This document shows positions 60,571-64,000 of a stretch of DNA of 64,000 nucleotides, piece by piece. The position numbers and the translations under genes are program-made. Under the pieces are notes generated by a model. That model made no database searches. It was not told where the DNA came from and saw nothing but the letters and a program-made list of their open reading frames with translations. Within the stretch, counting starts at the first letter, position 1. Each line of letters opens with the position of its first letter. Location: contig CAWIGG010000006.1 of the NCBI GenBank assembly GCA_963835575.1, positions 1-64,000 of the forward strand, given 5' to 3'. Source of the stretch: an uncultured Spirochaetota bacterium. GTDB lineage: Bacteria; Spirochaetota; Brevinematia; Brevinematales; JAOACQ01.

Positions 60571-61668
60571 TCAAGAAACTTTCTTATTTTTCCAGAAAAG
60601 TCCCAATTGTCCGCAGGCGGCTTTGATCTCGCGGCCTTTACTCCTGCGGAAGACAAAGGGTATTTGGAGCTTTTTCAGGTATTGCGTAAAAAGCCGGATG
60701 GTGTTTTCGGAAGGCGGCATATAAGGCAGTTCTTCCAGAGGATTGTAGGCGATGACATTGAGATTATAATCCAGGCCGCTTAAGAGGGTTTTAATACCGG
60801 CGGCGTCCTCTTCGGAGTCATTCACTTTTTCAATCAGGACATATTCAAATGTGATCCTTCTTCCGCTCTTTTCCTGATAGGCTTTTAAGGCTTTTATCAG
60901 ACCGGCGAGGGGGTATTTTTTAGAAACCGGCATCAGCGCGGCCCTTTTATTCTGATCGGCGGAGTGGAGTGAAACGGCCAGGCGGATCTGCTCTTTTTCG
61001 TTTTGAAGCGCTTCAATCTGGGGGATAATGCCGGCCGTCGACAGCGTAAAATGGCGGCTGCCGAGATTATACCCGCCTGAAAACTTCAGGATATGAATGG
61101 ATTTAAGCGTGTTGTCATAATTCAGGAGCGGCTCGCCCATCCCCATAAAAACGATGTTTGAGATTTTCCGCGAGGCGGATTTATCGTTTTTGTAAAGGCC
61201 GTTCCGCTCTATGTAATCCTCGGCAAAAAGGACCTGCGAGATGATTTCGCCCGCGTCGAGGTTTCTTTTAAAACCGAGCAGGCCGGTCGCGCAGAAGCCG
61301 CAGCCCAGGGCGCATCCCGCCTGTGAGGAGACACAAAGCGTGATCCTCGTGTCATTTTCTTCGGAGTAAGAATCATCTGCAAAGATAAGGACCGCTTCGA
61401 TATGGTTTTTATCCTGCGTCTCAAACAGAAACTTTACGGTTTCCTTTGAACTGTCTGTTAAGGCATCTATTAATGTGAGATTCAGGATCTGGAATTTGTC
61501 TTTGAGGTCATCTCTCATTTTTTTTGATATATCGGACATATCCCCGAATGAAAAATTGAACTTTCTGTATATCCAGTTAAAAAGCTGATAAGCGGCATGC
61601 GCGGGATAGCCGTTATCAAGGCATTTTTGCTTCAGTTCGGCGAATGTATAGCTCAGTAAATTTTCCAA
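60571..61668 (-). CDS. rlmN: 23S rRNA m2A2503 methyltransferase RlmN
   Basis: CVSSQAGC..GC.FCATG, VFMGMGEP, AACGQL; TTG start after AAGGAG. Confidence 0.96.
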   Translation of the reverse strand: MENLLSYTFAELKQKCLDNGYPAHAAYQLFNWIYRKFNFSFGDMSDISKKMRDDLKDKFQILNLTLIDALTDSSKETVKFLFETQDKNHIEAVLIFADDSYSEENDTRITLCVSSQAGCALGCGFCATGLLGFKRNLDAGEIISQVLFAEDYIERNGLYKNDKSASRKISNIVFMGMGEPLLNYDNTLKSIHILKFSGGYNLGSRHFTLSTAGIIPQIEALQNEKEQIRLAVSLHSADQNKRAALMPVSKKYPLAGLIKALKAYQEKSGRRITFEYVLIEKVNDSEEDAAGIKTLLSGLDYNLNVIAYNPLEELPYMPPSENTIRLFTQYLKKLQIPFVFRRSKGREIKAACGQLGLFWKNKKVS

Positions 61669-61678
61669 TGGCCGCTCC

Positions 61679-62596
61679 TTACAATTGATATTCCTGGAAC
61701 CATGCGTTCTCAAAACCGAGGTCCTCAGCGAAGGTGAGAACCTCATCGTATTCCCTGCGGCTGATTTTCCGGTTCATTTCGGCGCAGAAGGAATCGCTGA
61801 TCCTGTGGGCCGGGAAATACTGGGCCATGATGGCGAGATGGACGCGGTTGGAGAGATTGTCATGGATCCATTGAAGAACCTGTTTTGAATTTTCCTTGTT
61901 ATCCGGCAGGACAAGATGGCGGATAATCATGCCTTTCTGCGCGATCCCGTTTTCATCTTCAATCAGAGCGTCACCGGTCTGAGCATACATTTCGAGAAGG
62001 GTAAGACTATTCTCTTCGAAATAATTTTCCGCGTTTGAATATTTTTTCGATATTTCCGGGCTGACATATTTGGCGTCCGGGAGATAAATATCGATAATCC
62101 CGTCCAGGTCTTTTATGACATCGGCCCTGTCGTAGCCGCCAGTATTGTATACAAGCGGGATGTTCAAGCCGTTTTCACAGGCTGTTTTAAGGGCCTCAGC
62201 GATCTGGTAGACATAGTGGCTGGGCGTGACAAAATTGATGTTATGCGCTTTTTTTTTCTGCAGAGTAAGCATCACTTCGGCAAGTCCCTCGATTGTCAGC
62301 TGCCTGTTTGATTCATGAAGCTGGCTGATGGGGAAGTTCTGGCAGTAGGCGCAGTTCATATTGCAGCCAGTGAAAAATATTGTACCGCTGCCGTGTGTTC
62401 CGGAAATCGGCGGCTCTTCGCCATGATGCAGATTGAAGCTTGAAATCCTAGGCTCGTAAGGCTCTTTACAGAGGCCGAAGTTAACATTCCTGTCAACGCC
62501 GCAGCGGCGGGGACAGAGGACGCATGATCCGCGGGCGCTTTTATACTTTTCAAGAAAATATTTTATTTTGCATTTTTTTTCTTTTAAATCTATCAT
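61679..62596 (-). CDS. Radical SAM protein (PflX-like)
   Basis: C.LCPR.C, HHGEEP, GSGTIFF.GC...C.YCQN, IRHLVLP. Confidence 0.92.
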   Translation of the reverse strand: MIDLKEKKCKIKYFLEKYKSARGSCVLCPRRCGVDRNVNFGLCKEPYEPRISSFNLHHGEEPPISGTHGSGTIFFTGCNMNCAYCQNFPISQLHESNRQLTIEGLAEVMLTLQKKKAHNINFVTPSHYVYQIAEALKTACENGLNIPLVYNTGGYDRADVIKDLDGIIDIYLPDAKYVSPEISKKYSNAENYFEENSLTLLEMYAQTGDALIEDENGIAQKGMIIRHLVLPDNKENSKQVLQWIHDNLSNRVHLAIMAQYFPAHRISDSFCAEMNRKISRREYDEVLTFAEDLGFENAWFQEYQL

Positions 62597-62762
62597 CTCT
62601 TTGCACTTTATTTTTATTTTAGATTATAACGGATTGTCTGTAATAATTCAAAGATACGGATGTTGACCGTATCTGGAATTCAGGATTTTAATATTTATTT
62701 GACGATTTTTTATTTGACGATTTTTAGCATTATGCTTAATATATTAAAAAAGAAAATAAGAC

Positions 62763-63500
62763 GTGAAAGTCCGCGTGTTAAGGGTTTTTATGACTAACAT
62801 TCTAAAAATGAAAAATCTGACGCGATTTGACAAAAGGATTTTATCGGCCGCCCGGAAGGAATTTGAAATAAATGGATATTATAAAGCCAATATTGACCAT
62901 ATTGCCGGGGCTCTTGAGATCGGAAAAGGGACAATTTACAGGCATTTTAAAAGCAAAATGATGCTCTTTGCCTATGTCATCATCAATATTTTTCTTGAGG
63001 CCGGGAAAGCAATCAACAGGCTCCTTCCCGATTCTTTATTTGAAACCAGGTTCGAAAGTTTTATCGATCAGGCGGTTCATTTAAACTCCTATGCCGGAAA
63101 ATGCCTGCGGGTTTTTCTTGAAGAACAGGCAGGCAATATGGAAAAAGTTTATCACGACCCGGGACTTCGGAAGATATACGGTTTTGTCGTAAAAGAATGG
63201 GATTATTTTGTTTTTTTATTGAAAGATATCATCGAACAGGGGAAAAATGAGGGAAAATTACAGCCGGATATCGACGCGGGAATGGCCGCGGCAATGACAA
63301 TCACAACAATCTATTATAATCAGCAGAGCTTTTTTTCCATGGCGGGTTCAGGTAAAAAGCCGGGAATTGAAAAACCGTTTATGGAAAAAGCCTCAATGGA
63401 GCTTAAAAAATATATTTACAGAGCGCTGGGATATCAAAATAGTAATAGTATTCAATATTTCCGGAACATGGAAAAAGCAATAATTATCAAAGGAGATTAA
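62763..63500 (+). CDS. TetR/AcrR family regulator
   Basis: IL.AA...F...GY......IA..L.IGKGTIYRHF.SK. Confidence 0.92.
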   Translation: MKVRVLRVFMTNILKMKNLTRFDKRILSAARKEFEINGYYKANIDHIAGALEIGKGTIYRHFKSKMMLFAYVIINIFLEAGKAINRLLPDSLFETRFESFIDQAVHLNSYAGKCLRVFLEEQAGNMEKVYHDPGLRKIYGFVVKEWDYFVFLLKDIIEQGKNEGKLQPDIDAGMAAAMTITTIYYNQQSFFSMAGSGKKPGIEKPFMEKASMELKKYIYRALGYQNSNSIQYFRNMEKAIIIKGD

Positions 63501-63501
63501 G

Positions 63502-64000
63502 ATGATCTATAAATTTTTAATTCCATTAATATTCTTGAGCGTATTCGCGTATGCGGGCGATATTCAGACCATTACCTTATCCAATGCGCTTTATCTGGCC
63601 TTTAACAACAACCTTGATCTGAAACAGGCCGGTAAAGACCTGACTATCGCGCAGGCCCAATATGATGAAACATTCGCCGATTTCGCCCTTCCCGGAATAA
63701 CCCTGGGCGGGAACGCAACACTGCTGGACCCCCTGACGGTTTCTAACGGCATTGTCACAGCGCCGAATTCGTATATGTTCATTTCGCCGTCCACAATCGT
63801 ACCGAAAGGCTTTTCTACGATTTCAAACGTTTTTCCCGACAATTACTCTGCCGGCGTCACGGTCAGCAAGGTCCTGTTTACCGGGTTCAGATTGTGGAAC
63901 CTGATGGAAATAAAAAAAATGAACCTGGATCTGGCCAAAAGAAAATATGAGGATCAGAAAAAAGAAACGGTTTATGAAACCTCCGGTTCTTTTTACAATC
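63502..64000 (+). CDS. TolC-family outer-membrane efflux protein, 3'-partial
   Basis: AGGAG RBS; signal peptide; ITL..AL.LA..NN.DL..A; runs off the window end. Confidence 0.75.
   Translation, partial: MIYKFLIPLIFLSVFAYAGDIQTITLSNALYLAFNNNLDLKQAGKDLTIAQAQYDETFADFALPGITLGGNATLLDPLTVSNGIVTAPNSYMFISPSTIVPKGFSTISNVFPDNYSAGVTVSKVLFTGFRLWNLMEIKKMNLDLAKRKYEDQKKETVYETSGSFYN

Overview
Bacterial chromosomal window, most likely from a spirochete (inferred from a FlaA flagellar-sheath gene, an adjacent Maf-type flagellin glycosyltransferase and Borrelia P13-like membrane proteins). Positions 1-7 kb are an accessory region. It holds the 3' end of a large polymorphic-toxin-like gene ending in a Zn DD-peptidase (M15/Hedgehog-fold) domain and a downstream signal-peptide/SH3b immunity-like gene. 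An AT-rich variable block spans the toxin C-terminus and immunity N-terminus and is bracketed by GC-rich constant segments. The region also has an orphan duplicate of the SH3b constant segment, a four-helix-bundle (IVP/Avd-like) gene bracketed by heptad-periodic palindromic repeats that also occur as 'empty' copies, and three type II toxin-antitoxin pairs with shared intergenic modules. Positions 7.2-26.3 kb are the str-S10-spc-alpha ribosomal superoperon. It has an EF-Tu with an atypical switch-I region, a long N-terminal extension on L5, no L30 gene, and several single-base frameshifts that are probably sequencing errors. Positions 26-64 kb carry housekeeping and envelope genes (hom, gatB, gpsA, coaX, amidase, flaA, maf, PBP, dapF, rpsU, fabG, bioY, rlmN), c-di-GMP genes (HD-GYP, PilZ), an IS256-family element, REP/MITE-like palindromes, and a TetR plus partial TolC gene. 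All assignments come from reading motifs by eye; no searches were run.
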